Below, in pieces: positions 44,712-55,682 of a stretch of DNA of 64,000 bases. Positions within the stretch are counted from its first letter, which is position 1, and the number at the start of each line of letters is the position of its first letter. This stretch comes from a virus (Duplodnaviria; Caudoviricetes), in IMG/VR virus record IMGVR_UViG_3300037419_000894, positions 1-64,000 of that record. The stretch is one strand, 5' to 3'. The translations under genes were made by a program, and so were the position numbers. The notes below the pieces were generated by a model that had not been told where the DNA came from, made no database searches, and worked only from the letters and a program-made list of their open reading frames with translations.

Positions 44712-45254
44712 TTAGATGCCCAGTTGAGTGCGAAGGTTTGAGATAAAGTTTGACCACACATCGACCGCAGAGGTCAGTTCTGCAGGTGTGGTAGCTGCGC
44801 GCATAGCGGACTGGCTGGCGAAACGCTGATTTCGCATCGCCAGCTTTGCGTTCGCGAATGCATCTGCTCTTTGAATGATTTGGTTAGCAGCCCATTGGTC
44901 GGTCTGCACTTCACCAGTCGGGTTATGAAGGGTGTAGCCGTGCACGTAATCGGATGCTGTACCGGTATAACCTGCCGCTGCGAAAGCACGCGCTTCCACT
45001 TCCGCATCCTTGTATTCTTCGGTGCGGTTGCCTACAGCATCCACATAAATACTGTCAACATCCGTGTAGCACTTGGCAATGGCGGCGCTCTTAAGCGCTT
45101 CGAGGTCAATTACATCCGGTACATCGACTTCATCAATCCCCATAGCAGCCCGGTTATCTGCATCATAAAACCAACCTACCGGGTACTGAACATCGTCAAT
45201 AATGTGGATGTGGTTGATGTCGAACGGCTCCCCGTTTCGTGTATATTGAATCAT
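44712..45254 (-). CDS. Tail-fibre-associated/assembly protein (DUF4376-like)
   Basis: Follows a fibre gene; helical C-terminus similar in type to 59858-60397. Confidence 0.55.
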   Translation of the reverse strand: MIQYTRNGEPFDINHIHIIDDVQYPVGWFYDADNRAAMGIDEVDVPDVIDLEALKSAAIAKCYTDVDSIYVDAVGNRTEEYKDAEVEARAFAAAGYTGTASDYVHGYTLHNPTGEVQTDQWAANQIIQRADAFANAKLAMRNQRFASQSAMRAATTPAELTSAVDVWSNFISNLRTQLGI

Positions 45255-45263
45255 TGTTATTCC

Positions 45264-46307
45264 TTAGAAGAAGGCTGCGAAATTTGGAAGAGCCTTGTAG
45301 AAGGTAATGCCCGTGTTGTTGCCAAGGTCCGTGCTAGCACGGCCAACAAACGTACTGGTGGGGGAGAAGCCAATGTCCTTGATTGAACAGTAGTCTAGGT
45401 AGACAGTACCGCCACCAGTTTTAGTCAAGAATGCTCGGTTACCTGCTGTGCCTGATTGCAGAGTGATCCCGTTCCCTGCCACCCCCGTAATGGAGAACGA
45501 TGCAGCTGTCAGCGTTCCGCCTGACATAAAGCGAACGGTACATCCGGGTTGCACTGTCACACTACTGAACGTGTTAGCATTAACAAACGTCACTCCACCT
45601 GAGCCTGTGGCTGAAATTACAATTGCTGTATTTCCAGATGTACCAGAAATCTTACCATACAGCTGCTTCGCGGTTGCACTGGTATCTGTGATATTCACAG
45701 TACACCCTGCCCCGCTGGTAACGGTCAACCAAGTATCATCAAACACTGTTCCTGAGCCTGTGAAGGTCCAAGTACCACTGCCCATGTTTACAGTGACCGT
45801 TGCGGCAGACGTATTAGTCAGCTTACCCAATGTGAAGCTGTACCCGCTGGCGTTGATTGTATAGGGTAGCTCTGTAGTGGCGTCTGTATCAAGTGCTTTA
45901 TCAAGCGTTACGTTTCCAGTTACGACAACATTAGATGCAAGGGTTAGTCCTGTCGCCACACCCAACGTACCAATAGAAACATTAGCTGCGGTTAGAGTGA
46001 CTACATTAGTATTGCCGAGCTGCTGGTCAACATTTAGTGTAGCCACACTAACCATGCCCGACAGATTGCACACAGTTCCGTAAGCACCGATAGTCCCTGA
46101 GAACGTCATTGCTGCCGCCCCGGTGGTGTTAATATTCTGAACTGAGATGTTCCCCGAGATAGTCCTTGCGGACCCGGAGTTGGCGTCAAAGATTGCCGTG
46201 TCGTTAATCGTCGGCTTCGACCCGTTGGAAGCTCCACCAGAAGTGTTAGACCATCCCCCTGTTACGTTTAGGTCAGTAAGGGATGGAAGTGCATACATTG
46301 TCGCCAT
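45264..46307 (-). CDS. Tail fibre/receptor-binding protein, beta-helix-like
   Basis: Thr/Gly/Asn-rich, WS-x-TSGG motif, tail-distal position. Confidence 0.65.
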   Translation of the reverse strand: MATMYALPSLTDLNVTGGWSNTSGGASNGSKPTINDTAIFDANSGSARTISGNISVQNINTTGAAAMTFSGTIGAYGTVCNLSGMVSVATLNVDQQLGNTNVVTLTAANVSIGTLGVATGLTLASNVVVTGNVTLDKALDTDATTELPYTINASGYSFTLGKLTNTSAATVTVNMGSGTWTFTGSGTVFDDTWLTVTSGAGCTVNITDTSATAKQLYGKISGTSGNTAIVISATGSGGVTFVNANTFSSVTVQPGCTVRFMSGGTLTAASFSITGVAGNGITLQSGTAGNRAFLTKTGGGTVYLDYCSIKDIGFSPTSTFVGRASTDLGNNTGITFYKALPNFAAFF

Positions 46308-46317
46308 TGTCCACCTC

Positions 46318-47178
46318 TTACATATTGTTGATCGCTGCGATCAAGTCCCATTTAGTGTCAGCAGCGTTGTAGATAAAGCCAAGATACAACGTCTTGCCCA
46401 CGACGGTAGTGGACGGGAAAGGTAGTTCGACTGATGCACGATAAATGGCATTATATGCGATTGTTCGTGCTACGCCGTTGTCTTTGATTCGGTACATCAA
46501 ACCTTGACCGTCAGATGGCGTCCCCGTTGGGGCTCCAATAGTCAACGAGCCTGCAAGTGCAGTAATAACGTAGAGGTCTGTTGTCGCGATATTCGGATTT
46601 GGGGCCGTGTTTGAAGCTACGCTAGTTACACGGCGAACCAATGTGCCCGGAGGGCCGATGTCACCTGTGCGCTGGAAGTACAGTAGGACAGCGTCCCCGT
46701 TAACAAAAGGGCTGGAAGAACTGCCGCCTACATTGACAACAGTAAGAGTGTGATATCCACCCGGTCTACCTACCGCTGTGACATTAAATGTCTGCCATTT
46801 TGTTGGGTCGGAAACTTTTACGATTCGCACTGCGCCTTTAACTACGCTAGACGATGCGTCCATGTTATCTAGATCGCCCGCATGGGTAGTCCCATCAGAA
46901 CCAAGATCATCCAGTACAAGCGTTGTAGCAGTGTACTGCAAGGTAGCTTGGTTCATCCTCATTTTGCCGTTACCCGGATCACTAACGGTCGTATTGATGT
47001 CGAACGTGTACGGAATCGCATACGCCCCGCCTGCTGCAATGCTATTCAAGTTAGCAGCAAGCGCATTTGCATCACTAACGAAAGTAGGCAGTGCAGCAAT
47101 CCAGGTGTTCATCGTCGCCACATAAGTGGCGGAATCCATCAGGCGGGTCGGAGCCGGAGGAAGGAGTGTGATAGCCAT
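46318..47178 (-). CDS. Minor tail protein / fibre
   Basis: MAITLLPPAP... N-terminus; position after the distal tail protein. Confidence 0.7.
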   Translation of the reverse strand: MAITLLPPAPTRLMDSATYVATMNTWIAALPTFVSDANALAANLNSIAAGGAYAIPYTFDINTTVSDPGNGKMRMNQATLQYTATTLVLDDLGSDGTTHAGDLDNMDASSSVVKGAVRIVKVSDPTKWQTFNVTAVGRPGGYHTLTVVNVGGSSSSPFVNGDAVLLYFQRTGDIGPPGTLVRRVTSVASNTAPNPNIATTDLYVITALAGSLTIGAPTGTPSDGQGLMYRIKDNGVARTIAYNAIYRASVELPFPSTTVVGKTLYLGFIYNAADTKWDLIAAINNM

Positions 47179-49007
47179 TATGTCAAACTTTCAATTTCAA
47201 TGTGGAGAGTCGCGTGCTCGACATAGTCGGCACCCATGCTGTATTCCTTGTAGAACCCGTACTGCATTGAGCCAGTTTCAGAATCGTCACCAACATACAC
47301 AACCGGGATTGCGCGATAGCTGTTAAGCAAGTCCAAGAACATCTTTACTTTAGCGCGGTCAATGAATGCTGTGAGCGTCATTGTTTTTGCAAAAGGACGT
47401 TCTTGGACATAGGTCTGACCAAAGTCATTCGTGTCTTTAACGGAGTAGTCTTGACTACTCATCGACATACCGGATTGAGTTGGTCCGAATACCTTTGACA
47501 GACCCATCAGGCAAAGACCGCAATACACGGTTTCCCCGGTACTGCTGAACAGCGCGATCGATATTATTGCGTCCGAGTATGGCGGCAGATTGAAGAACGC
47601 AACGTCCGTCAGTCGTACAATCGGCTCAAAGCAGTAAGTATATGGATCGGTTATCCCGTCTGTTGAAATCAAGCTAACCGTCTGATCATAAACTACTCCG
47701 TCTACAGGGTGCAGCATAGCCACACGCGCAGCAGTTGCGCCCGAAATGTTTTGCAGGACAATGCTGTCAACAAGACTATCCGAAGGTGTGGTCAGTCCCG
47801 CGCAGATTGCACCAACGTTGGAAGTCTGGGAGCCGACGGATTTGTCAAACATTGCCCATTTATTCGTAGAACCTGCGTCCAACCAGTAGTCGGTGTTCGG
47901 GGGTACTTTTCCGTAGTTTGTGGACGCTCTCGCTGTAGCGCTTCCAACCGACCCGCTGGTGTTGATGTTCGTTGTGCCGTTCACAGCTGCCACAAGCTGG
48001 AACGAATTGGCCAGGAGGTTAGTGCTTGACACATAGTACACAGTGTTCAGCGCCAGACCCGTCGGAACCGTCCCTGAAGTGAATTGTACAGGCGTATTTG
48101 CAGCCAGCCCGTGGCCATTCCAAGTGACCACACATGGACTTGCTGCGCTGATTGAGACTGTGGCCGTGCTACCAGTCGCAGACTCGTAGACTTTGTGTTG
48201 TCCCGTTGAGGTATCCATCACACGGTCACCAATTACGTACAGCTTGGTCACGTCGTGCAAAGGATAGTCGGTTTCCGTAAGTGTGCTGATCAATCCCAGC
48301 GTGTTGACATCGGCTGCACGGGTGACAGGGCCAGTCGTTGTAAGGATGAAAGATGTAGCAACACTTCCCACTTCGACTTGAGGACCAAACATATCAACCG
48401 TAAGCGCTGCTCCGAAGTCGTCTCGGTACAAGTGGAGAGTCCTGTTCCCGGTCGAATCAGGGATAAAGGTCACGGCAGCACGGACCCAGCCACCTCCAAC
48501 GTTAGTAAATTTGATAGTTGCGCCACCTGTTGTACTCAGTACCTGTAATGTCACAGGGTTAAAAACTGCATATTGGCTAGGCGACTCCAGTCCGAATTGC
48601 AAATTTCCCGTTCCACTTACGTAGCGAAAGAACACGCTCAGAGTGTGAACAGCCCCGTCAGTCATAACACCGGCGCCAGCCTGCCCGCTCCGCATGTAAT
48701 ACCCATCACCTATCCCGGAAAGTGCCCAACGGGCGGCCCCGGTAGCCCCTGTCGGGTCGGTACTTGGACTGGCAGAAACCACACCACCGTTAAAAAACCA
48801 TGAAGGACCGAAGCCACCAGCAAGATTGGTAGCAACAGGTTCGATCAGCAGACACGGAGGTTTAGTTAAATCCGTTGGATCATAACTAAACCGTGGGACG
48901 TCATTTGCAACCGTTATCAACGTCCCGGTTTTGTCCCACATGGTAGCAGATGAGGCCCGGCTAAAGGCCCCGCTGTCTTTTATTGCAGCTGGTCGAATAA
49001 TTTTCAT
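47178..49007 (-). CDS. Distal tail/baseplate protein with inserted carbohydrate-binding-like domains
   Basis: Directly after the tape measure gene; lectin-like N-terminal region; C-terminal SQDYS...FG...R pattern. Confidence 0.65.
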   Translation of the reverse strand: MKIIRPAAIKDSGAFSRASSATMWDKTGTLITVANDVPRFSYDPTDLTKPPCLLIEPVATNLAGGFGPSWFFNGGVVSASPSTDPTGATGAARWALSGIGDGYYMRSGQAGAGVMTDGAVHTLSVFFRYVSGTGNLQFGLESPSQYAVFNPVTLQVLSTTGGATIKFTNVGGGWVRAAVTFIPDSTGNRTLHLYRDDFGAALTVDMFGPQVEVGSVATSFILTTTGPVTRAADVNTLGLISTLTETDYPLHDVTKLYVIGDRVMDTSTGQHKVYESATGSTATVSISAASPCVVTWNGHGLAANTPVQFTSGTVPTGLALNTVYYVSSTNLLANSFQLVAAVNGTTNINTSGSVGSATARASTNYGKVPPNTDYWLDAGSTNKWAMFDKSVGSQTSNVGAICAGLTTPSDSLVDSIVLQNISGATAARVAMLHPVDGVVYDQTVSLISTDGITDPYTYCFEPIVRLTDVAFFNLPPYSDAIISIALFSSTGETVYCGLCLMGLSKVFGPTQSGMSMSSQDYSVKDTNDFGQTYVQERPFAKTMTLTAFIDRAKVKMFLDLLNSYRAIPVVYVGDDSETGSMQYGFYKEYSMGADYVEHATLHIEIESLT

Positions 49008-52000
49008 ACGCCCGAGGTCGCGTCGCGAATAAAGATACCTTGAGTTTCAAGTCGCTTCAACTTGCTTGCTGTCACTGCCGTGTCACGCTGCAATGCAACC
49101 ATACCTGCCTTGTTTTCCGCGCGGAAGCCTGCAAACTGCGCTTCCAGTCGTTGAACCGCTGAGACAAACACTGCACTATTGTCCGACCGCTTCATCCGCA
49201 GCAGCGACATCAGTTCGTTGTTATCTGCTTTAGGCATGACTCGCTCACCCTCATGGAGAAGCGCAGGCATGGTTTTCGGCACAACGTTGATACCATCTGC
49301 AAACGGATGCAACCACTTGTATTCGTTGCTCTGCATAATTGCACGACCCACATCAGCAATCGTAGCGCCACGGTTCTTAATTGCGTCCTGCCAGAAGGCT
49401 AACCCTTCTGCATCACCCGGACGACCGAGAAGCTGCTGATACAGGACGTCCAAGCCCATGCCGTTCGCACTTTCAAAGCTGCTGCCAGTTGGAGCGTTGA
49501 CCACAGCCTGCTGAGCTTGTGCAATCGTTGCAGAGTTGTTGAACGCTACCAGCGCATCGCGAACCGACAAGACTGAGCTATTGATACCCTTCAGAAGATC
49601 GTTGCGTTGCTTTGCATCGTTAAGGATTTTATCCTGTTCAGCAATGTCCGATTTGTACTTAGCATCGAGAGCAGCGAGCTGAGCGGCGGTTCCAGAGTCA
49701 ATTGCTGCAATGGTAGCATTAATGCCGTCGATTTGCAACTGGGTATAGTCTTCTTGCGTCTTGGAACTTTGTCCCAAAGTCTCCAGGATCTGCTTTGTAC
49801 GAGCTTGATCCCGCATAAAGTCAAGCTCAGTTGCAAACATCTTTGTAGACACTTGCGAAACATTTGCCAATGCATCGTCAAGACCGCCAGCTTTTGTTAG
49901 ATCTGCACCACTGCTCGACAGGTTAGTTAGATACTTCTGAGCAGCCAATCGACGCGAGTAGTCAAGCTGTGTTGAGTGAACAATGGTGCTCTTGATAGCA
50001 TTTTGGATGCTGGAGGTCACATGCTGGATGGCATTTAGATAATCCTGGGCAACCTTCAGTCGCCCCTGCGCATCCTTTTTTGCAACGTCCGCAGCACTTT
50101 GAATCGAATCCTTTTGTACGTTGTAAGCATCCTCAATAGCGGTCTTTTGCGCGCTCACTGCATCGGACAGACGGCTGTAATCGCTGTCGGCTTGTTTCAG
50201 CAGACTGTCGAGCAGGTCTTGTGACGCTTGCTTAGCCTTAGTTGCTGCGTCAGCTTCATCTTGAAGTGCCCACACACGCTCCTGCAACGGGCGCAGGCTT
50301 GCATCCATACTATCCAACTCCATCTGACGCTGCGCAGTGACCACACGCTGCTTCTCGACGCTGTTGTTAGTGAGGTCCGCGAGCTGGGACTCAAGGGCTA
50401 GGCGGTCTTTTGTGAGACCCTTCTGGAATTCCTGGACCTTAAAGAAAGCGTCCTGCACAGACATGATATCAGCCAATCGCTTGACACCGTCTTGAGTAGA
50501 CAGGTCGAGCCCAGCGACCACAGCTTTGAGCTGTGCCTCAGTTTGGATACTCGACAGACCCAACTTGTCAAGCGCATCCGATACAGCTTTTGTGAGCGGA
50601 GCAATCTTTTCTGAGTCGGTAAGATAGTTCTGCGTGTACGAGTTAATGGATGCATTAACTGCATCCAAGCCACCCATCATGCTCACAAGTTGTTCACGGA
50701 CCGAATCCGACGCCAAGCCTACTGCCCCAAACGCCGTCTTGGTATCTTTTCCAAGGGCTTGCGCCGCAAGGTCTGTCACCTTGAAGACATTGTTCAGGCG
50801 CGTCAAAGTTTGAGACGCAGTTTCATTAGCTTGGCTAAACTCAGCAATGTTCGGAATGACCTGTTTGGCCATATCGTCGCTGAGGCTAGAGAAATAGTCC
50901 GTGAGGGCTTTTTGGTTAGCAGCAGTATCGTTCGTCAACGTGATATCAAACGTTGTTTGGAACCTATCAATCGCTTCAGTAGACAGACCAAGGTCGCTCG
51001 CAGCTTGATGAGCGGTAGTCCGCAGAGCTAGGAAACTTTGATACAACGTATTGGTGAAGTCCTTTGTAAGGTCTTGACCAGCCATCCAGCTGCTATCGCT
51101 ACGGAACCAACCACCCTTCTCCTTAATATTCTGATACGAGATACCTCCCGCAGCCGAACCATCGATCCAGCCTTTAATACCTTGGCTTTGAACCTCAGCT
51201 GGACCGTGCCCAAAAGCTTTGTCCCATAGGGCAGCGGCAGCTATCACACCTCCAATCCATGGAAGAGCTGCTGCGGTGGCTGCACCGAAGGTGGCAGCAC
51301 TAGCCTCAGCTGCCATACCTGCGCTTGCGAAGGTTTCCGCAGCTCCGGTCATCATTGTAAAACCGCCAGCCATTGGTACAGTACCAGCCATACCTGCACC
51401 GAAAGCGGACAAGCCGCTTCCACCGAGAGAGCCCAAACCGAAGTAAGATCCAACAGAGCTCAATCCGTTACCGACACCAGCGATAGCAGTACCAGCCCCG
51501 CCAAACACGTTGCCTTTAAGCAGATTGTACGAGTTAGAGATAGATGACGCGGTTCCGAGCAGATTAGCCCCCGAGCCTGCAGCCGTAGCATTCGGGCTAA
51601 CCACACTTGCTACAAAGTTGCTCACAGGTTCAATGATTGGGTGCAGGATCGTTTTTGCAAACGATACCTCCATATCATGGATGAGCTTTTTCAAGCCTTT
51701 GCCGCCACCGTCGACAATTGCGCTCGCAAGGTCGTCACCAATCTTTTTATTGGTTTGTTTCCAAAGCTGGTCAGCTTCTTTTTGAGCAGCAGCAGCAGCT
51801 TCTAATTCCGCACCACGGTTAAGTGTGCCGGAGTATTCTCGACGCTTTTCGATGATTTGCTTCAGCTTGTCAAGCTCAGCCTCATACATCTTCTGAGCCT
51901 CGCTGCCCACACTCGCGTAAGTTACACCAAGCTCGGTCCAAATAACACCCTTCTCGAGCAGCAATTGTATTGCGTCTGCTTGTGCCTGAAGCTCGTTGGT

Positions 52001-54748
52001 TGCAGCGTCCTCTTGAGCCTGCTTGTACAGGTCGATCTGCTCTTTGGTCTTGCCAATCTCCCCGTTCTTTTCTTTTTGTTTATCGATCAGCTGGTTCAGG
52101 CGTTTAAGTTCATCGTCACCGGACTTATTGATCGCTTTGACGTATTTGTCAACTTGCTGCTCGTTGAACTGTTGGTCAGCCAACGCTTGGGCAGCAGCAA
52201 TCTTAGCCCTGCCTTCGTTGTATGCGTCAATGGTAGCCTGGATCTGCTTACGGACGTTAGCTGCGTCTACGTTGTTCAGCGGCTTGTACTTCTCCAAGAT
52301 TGCAAGCTTGGCCTTTTCTTCGTTTTCGAGTGCAGTGAGTTCTTCAGCACGAGCAGCCTTAGCTTGCTCGTATGCATCCTCTTGGCTCAGGCTACCTTTC
52401 TTAAACTGGTCTTGAATCAGCTTAATGCGTGCATCACCAGACTGCTTCGCCATGTTGAACAAGGCAGTCTCATGATCCAATGCACCCTGCAAGTCTTGCT
52501 TGCGTCCGTCGTTTTTGACCGCTGCAACCTTTTGCGTGTGAGTCTTAATAATATTTTCTTCACGCTCAGCAAGATATGCTGCATTGTCTTTTTTATAACC
52601 CGGTAGTCCCGCTTCAATAATATCGTTTTCTTGATGAAACTTGTCCAAAGCGTCTTTAAGCTCGCTTTGGGACTTCTTCATCAGCCGCACGTCTTCAATA
52701 GCACGTACAGTCAGTAAGTGCTTTGCATCAGCAGCCTTCTGCTCTTGGTCAGCCTGCTTTGCTGCTCGCTCATTCTCGTTGCCAATCTTTTGCTCGAGAT
52801 CATAATACTGCTGCAAAAGCAAGATGTCTGTTTTAGACATATGGGTCGTGTCAGTCTTAATCGACCCATCGTCATTCTTCGCAAGCTTGTTTATTAAAGT
52901 TTGTTCTTGGTTGGCTAGGCTGCTTTTCTTGCCAATATCAGCCATTGCCTGAATTGCACCCTTGACGGCGCCGGTTACAGCATGCCAGCCACGCTCAATC
53001 CAACCAATGTACTCGGTGGAAGCTTCAGCTTGCCGCTTAGTTTCTTCTGCATAAAGCTTGATCGCAAGTGCAGAGGCTTCCCGAGACTTACCTTCTTTCT
53101 CAAGCTGGATAATTGCTTCCATCTGCGAGACGGTAAGGAAGTGGTAATGCTCGTCAAGCTTTTCAATCGCCTTACTGACTTGGAAATAACCATTAATGCC
53201 TGAAGTGGTTCCGCGAACAACAAGCGTTTCAAATTCGGAGATCGTCTTATTGACTTCCACGCCAAAGGCGTGCGCTAGCCCGGTTGCGCTGGCAGTGATT
53301 TCGTCAATCTGGTCTTTAGTGAACTTCCCCGACGAAGTTAGCAGCGCGGCCGACTTGTATGCGTCCGTGTAAGCCCCGTGCACCTTGCCCACACTCTGCG
53401 CGAGTGCTTCAAGGCTGTCGCGGGTTTCGCCTGCAAAACCGTTAGTCCGGTTAATTGCATCGTTAAATGCGCGTGTCTGCTGCTCACCACGATTGACTTC
53501 GTAAGCAAGAACACCGAGCGCAGCAACCACCCCAAGTGTGGTCATGCTAAAACCTGTCAGCGAGATGGATGCGGAGTTGAGATACTCCATCATAACCATC
53601 AGCGATCCCGGAATACGAGTAAAGCGGCCTTGCAAAGCTTCATGGGCAATAACGATTGCTTCGGTCCGCACTCGGTTATTGCCGAAAGCTGCGCTAAGCC
53701 CGTTAGTGGCCTGTGTAGCGTCTCGTGCTCCGTGTCCTACTGATGCGAGTTGTTGCACAAGCGCATCGTAGTTCGGCAAGTCGCGAATAGCGGCTGCGCT
53801 GAACGTGTTTTCAATTGTACCTTGAGAGATCGCGGGGTTGGCTTGGTACGCCCGCAAACGGTCAAGAATCGCAACCTTTTGTTTAGCAGATGTCTCAGCC
53901 CACTTGATTTCTTCGATTGCTTGTTTTTCTGCAAGTGCAATGCCCTTAGCAACCGCTGCATCCTGCGCAGCAAGTTCACGCTCCCAAAAGGCTACATAAT
54001 CAGCCTCTTGTTTCTGGCGCATCTTCCACAGCTCCACGTCGCGTCGCTGTTGGATTTCAATCTGCTTCGCAACCGCAGCCTCTTCAGCAGCTGTCTGTTT
54101 CGCCAATGCAGCATCTTGAGCAGCCAGGGTCTTCTCCCACCAGCCCACGTATTCGACAAGTTGCTTGTTGCGCTGTTCGTTTAACCACACATCGCGCTCT
54201 TGTTCAATGCGGGTTATCTCTTGGTAGGCGCGCACCTGCTCTTGATATACCTCGATGTCGCGTTTCTGCTGAAGCGTATGCTCCATTTCTGCGCGAGTGA
54301 GACGCTCCAAGTTTGCAATGAGTGGTTCAGCGTCGTTTATAACCCCGAGTTGAGCAGCACGATAGCGATACAGCTCCTCAGTAGACATGCCAAAGGTTGC
54401 ATTGAGCTCGCGTAGCTTAGCAACAAGGTTGCTGCCAGCGTCAGCTGTCGCTCGTTGGATACGCTCAATCTCTTTCTCAGCTTCAATTTGCGCAAGGATG
54501 GACCTTTGGAGATCGTCAAAACCTTGCTTAGTGACAACCGTGCCGGTCTTGAGGTCTTCGAGCTTTTTAACAGCACGGATCGTAGCAGTGCCAATCTTGG
54601 TTCCAACCAAGTCAGCAGTATCTGCCACTTGATTGAGAGACTTCTCCAACTGTTCAACTTGCTTAATCCCGTCCCTAGTGTCCACACCAAGGGAAAGAGT
54701 TGCCGTGTCGCCGTTTCCGCCGTTGCCGCCAGTTGGAGTGCTCATCAT
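49004..54748 (-). CDS. Tail tape measure protein with C-terminal DUF4214-like domain
   Basis: 1914 aa, helical Ala/Gln/Glu-rich; LYQQLLGRPGDAEGLAFW...MQSNEY near the C-terminus. Confidence 0.93.
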   Translation of the reverse strand: MMSTPTGGNGGNGDTATLSLGVDTRDGIKQVEQLEKSLNQVADTADLVGTKIGTATIRAVKKLEDLKTGTVVTKQGFDDLQRSILAQIEAEKEIERIQRATADAGSNLVAKLRELNATFGMSTEELYRYRAAQLGVINDAEPLIANLERLTRAEMEHTLQQKRDIEVYQEQVRAYQEITRIEQERDVWLNEQRNKQLVEYVGWWEKTLAAQDAALAKQTAAEEAAVAKQIEIQQRRDVELWKMRQKQEADYVAFWERELAAQDAAVAKGIALAEKQAIEEIKWAETSAKQKVAILDRLRAYQANPAISQGTIENTFSAAAIRDLPNYDALVQQLASVGHGARDATQATNGLSAAFGNNRVRTEAIVIAHEALQGRFTRIPGSLMVMMEYLNSASISLTGFSMTTLGVVAALGVLAYEVNRGEQQTRAFNDAINRTNGFAGETRDSLEALAQSVGKVHGAYTDAYKSAALLTSSGKFTKDQIDEITASATGLAHAFGVEVNKTISEFETLVVRGTTSGINGYFQVSKAIEKLDEHYHFLTVSQMEAIIQLEKEGKSREASALAIKLYAEETKRQAEASTEYIGWIERGWHAVTGAVKGAIQAMADIGKKSSLANQEQTLINKLAKNDDGSIKTDTTHMSKTDILLLQQYYDLEQKIGNENERAAKQADQEQKAADAKHLLTVRAIEDVRLMKKSQSELKDALDKFHQENDIIEAGLPGYKKDNAAYLAEREENIIKTHTQKVAAVKNDGRKQDLQGALDHETALFNMAKQSGDARIKLIQDQFKKGSLSQEDAYEQAKAARAEELTALENEEKAKLAILEKYKPLNNVDAANVRKQIQATIDAYNEGRAKIAAAQALADQQFNEQQVDKYVKAINKSGDDELKRLNQLIDKQKEKNGEIGKTKEQIDLYKQAQEDAATNELQAQADAIQLLLEKGVIWTELGVTYASVGSEAQKMYEAELDKLKQIIEKRREYSGTLNRGAELEAAAAAQKEADQLWKQTNKKIGDDLASAIVDGGGKGLKKLIHDMEVSFAKTILHPIIEPVSNFVASVVSPNATAAGSGANLLGTASSISNSYNLLKGNVFGGAGTAIAGVGNGLSSVGSYFGLGSLGGSGLSAFGAGMAGTVPMAGGFTMMTGAAETFASAGMAAEASAATFGAATAAALPWIGGVIAAAALWDKAFGHGPAEVQSQGIKGWIDGSAAGGISYQNIKEKGGWFRSDSSWMAGQDLTKDFTNTLYQSFLALRTTAHQAASDLGLSTEAIDRFQTTFDITLTNDTAANQKALTDYFSSLSDDMAKQVIPNIAEFSQANETASQTLTRLNNVFKVTDLAAQALGKDTKTAFGAVGLASDSVREQLVSMMGGLDAVNASINSYTQNYLTDSEKIAPLTKAVSDALDKLGLSSIQTEAQLKAVVAGLDLSTQDGVKRLADIMSVQDAFFKVQEFQKGLTKDRLALESQLADLTNNSVEKQRVVTAQRQMELDSMDASLRPLQERVWALQDEADAATKAKQASQDLLDSLLKQADSDYSRLSDAVSAQKTAIEDAYNVQKDSIQSAADVAKKDAQGRLKVAQDYLNAIQHVTSSIQNAIKSTIVHSTQLDYSRRLAAQKYLTNLSSSGADLTKAGGLDDALANVSQVSTKMFATELDFMRDQARTKQILETLGQSSKTQEDYTQLQIDGINATIAAIDSGTAAQLAALDAKYKSDIAEQDKILNDAKQRNDLLKGINSSVLSVRDALVAFNNSATIAQAQQAVVNAPTGSSFESANGMGLDVLYQQLLGRPGDAEGLAFWQDAIKNRGATIADVGRAIMQSNEYKWLHPFADGINVVPKTMPALLHEGERVMPKADNNELMSLLRMKRSDNSAVFVSAVQRLEAQFAGFRAENKAGMVALQRDTAVTASKLKRLETQGIFIRDATSGV

Positions 54749-55586
54749 TGACCTTTTTCAGCTTTTTTCCGACTCTCAGAATAAGAGTGGAGGAGGAAGG
54801 CGCGATCAACTGCCATTAATGCTCTTACTTCAATCGGGAGCAATTCAATCTGAAGATTAAACGCCCAATTTCGAATCTCGGTATGGGTGATCGGCCCATG
54901 CGCCATAAAGCTTTGCCGCGTTGCGTCCAGCTCTGTAAACCATGACCACACATGCTCAAGTTCCCAAGGGCAAGGAACTTCAGGTGGTACGTCCTCGAAG
55001 GTCTGATCCGTTATGACTTGGGGAGCGAAGCAGTTCTTCTTTGCCGCATTGACATGCTCCGTCGTTGTGGCTCCGTCGTCCTGCTTGCTCCCCCAAAAGA
55101 ACTTGCACTTGGCAAACTCTACCAGCCTACGGATCAGATCTTCATAAAATTTCCGTCAGCTTCCAGACCCTGGCTGATTTTGGTGCGCCACAGCGGGTAC
55201 TGCGTCAGCAGGGTGTCGACAATCTTGCGGTCGAAGGTTGCAGCCTGGCCCTCGTCGCCGAAGCCGAACCATCCGACGGTCACTGCGACCGCCATGCCGT
55301 GCTCGCTCTGATCAACGCTGTCAGCGATGACCTTGGCGCCTTCTTCGGTGGAGCTGTCGACCTGCTGGGTGCGGGTTGCTGCGCGCATGATGCCCGTGAT
55401 GCGCTGACGAGCTTTCTCGTCTTGGTATTCTTGACTGTTCTTGCCGACGATATAGAAGCCGGCAAGCGGCTTGCCTTCAGCATCAAAGACAACTGGTACT
55501 GAATGCTGGGTCTGGTTCAGACCCGATTGGGTAAGACGGCCGATTTCGATCAGGCCGTTGACGAGGATTTGTTGCGCGTTCGACAT
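54745..55586 (-). CDS. Tail assembly chaperone, -1 frameshift fusion (gpGT-like)
   Basis: Slippery A-AAT-TTT (complement of 55146-55152); the -1 frame is open from there into ORF 54745-54951. Confidence 0.8.
55134..55586 (-). CDS. Tail assembly chaperone (gpG-like)
   Basis: Between tail tube and tape measure genes; 150 aa. Confidence 0.85.
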   Translation of the reverse strand: MSNAQQILVNGLIEIGRLTQSGLNQTQHSVPVVFDAEGKPLAGFYIVGKNSQEYQDEKARQRITGIMRAATRTQQVDSSTEEGAKVIADSVDQSEHGMAVAVTVGWFGFGDEGQAATFDRKIVDTLLTQYPLWRTKISQGLEADGNFMKI

Positions 55587-55613
55587 GTTATATTCCTTGT
55601 GTTGTTACGGTTT

Positions 55614-55642
55614 AAAAAGCCCCTCGGGAGCTACCCGAGGGG
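55614..55642 (-). terminator. Rho-independent terminator after the tail tube gene
   Basis: CCCCTCGGG/CCCGAGGGG stem plus T5 on the - strand. Confidence 0.8.
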
Positions 55643-55682
55643 AAAGCGCACAAGCCCGGGAGTCACCGCGAGCTTGTTAAGA

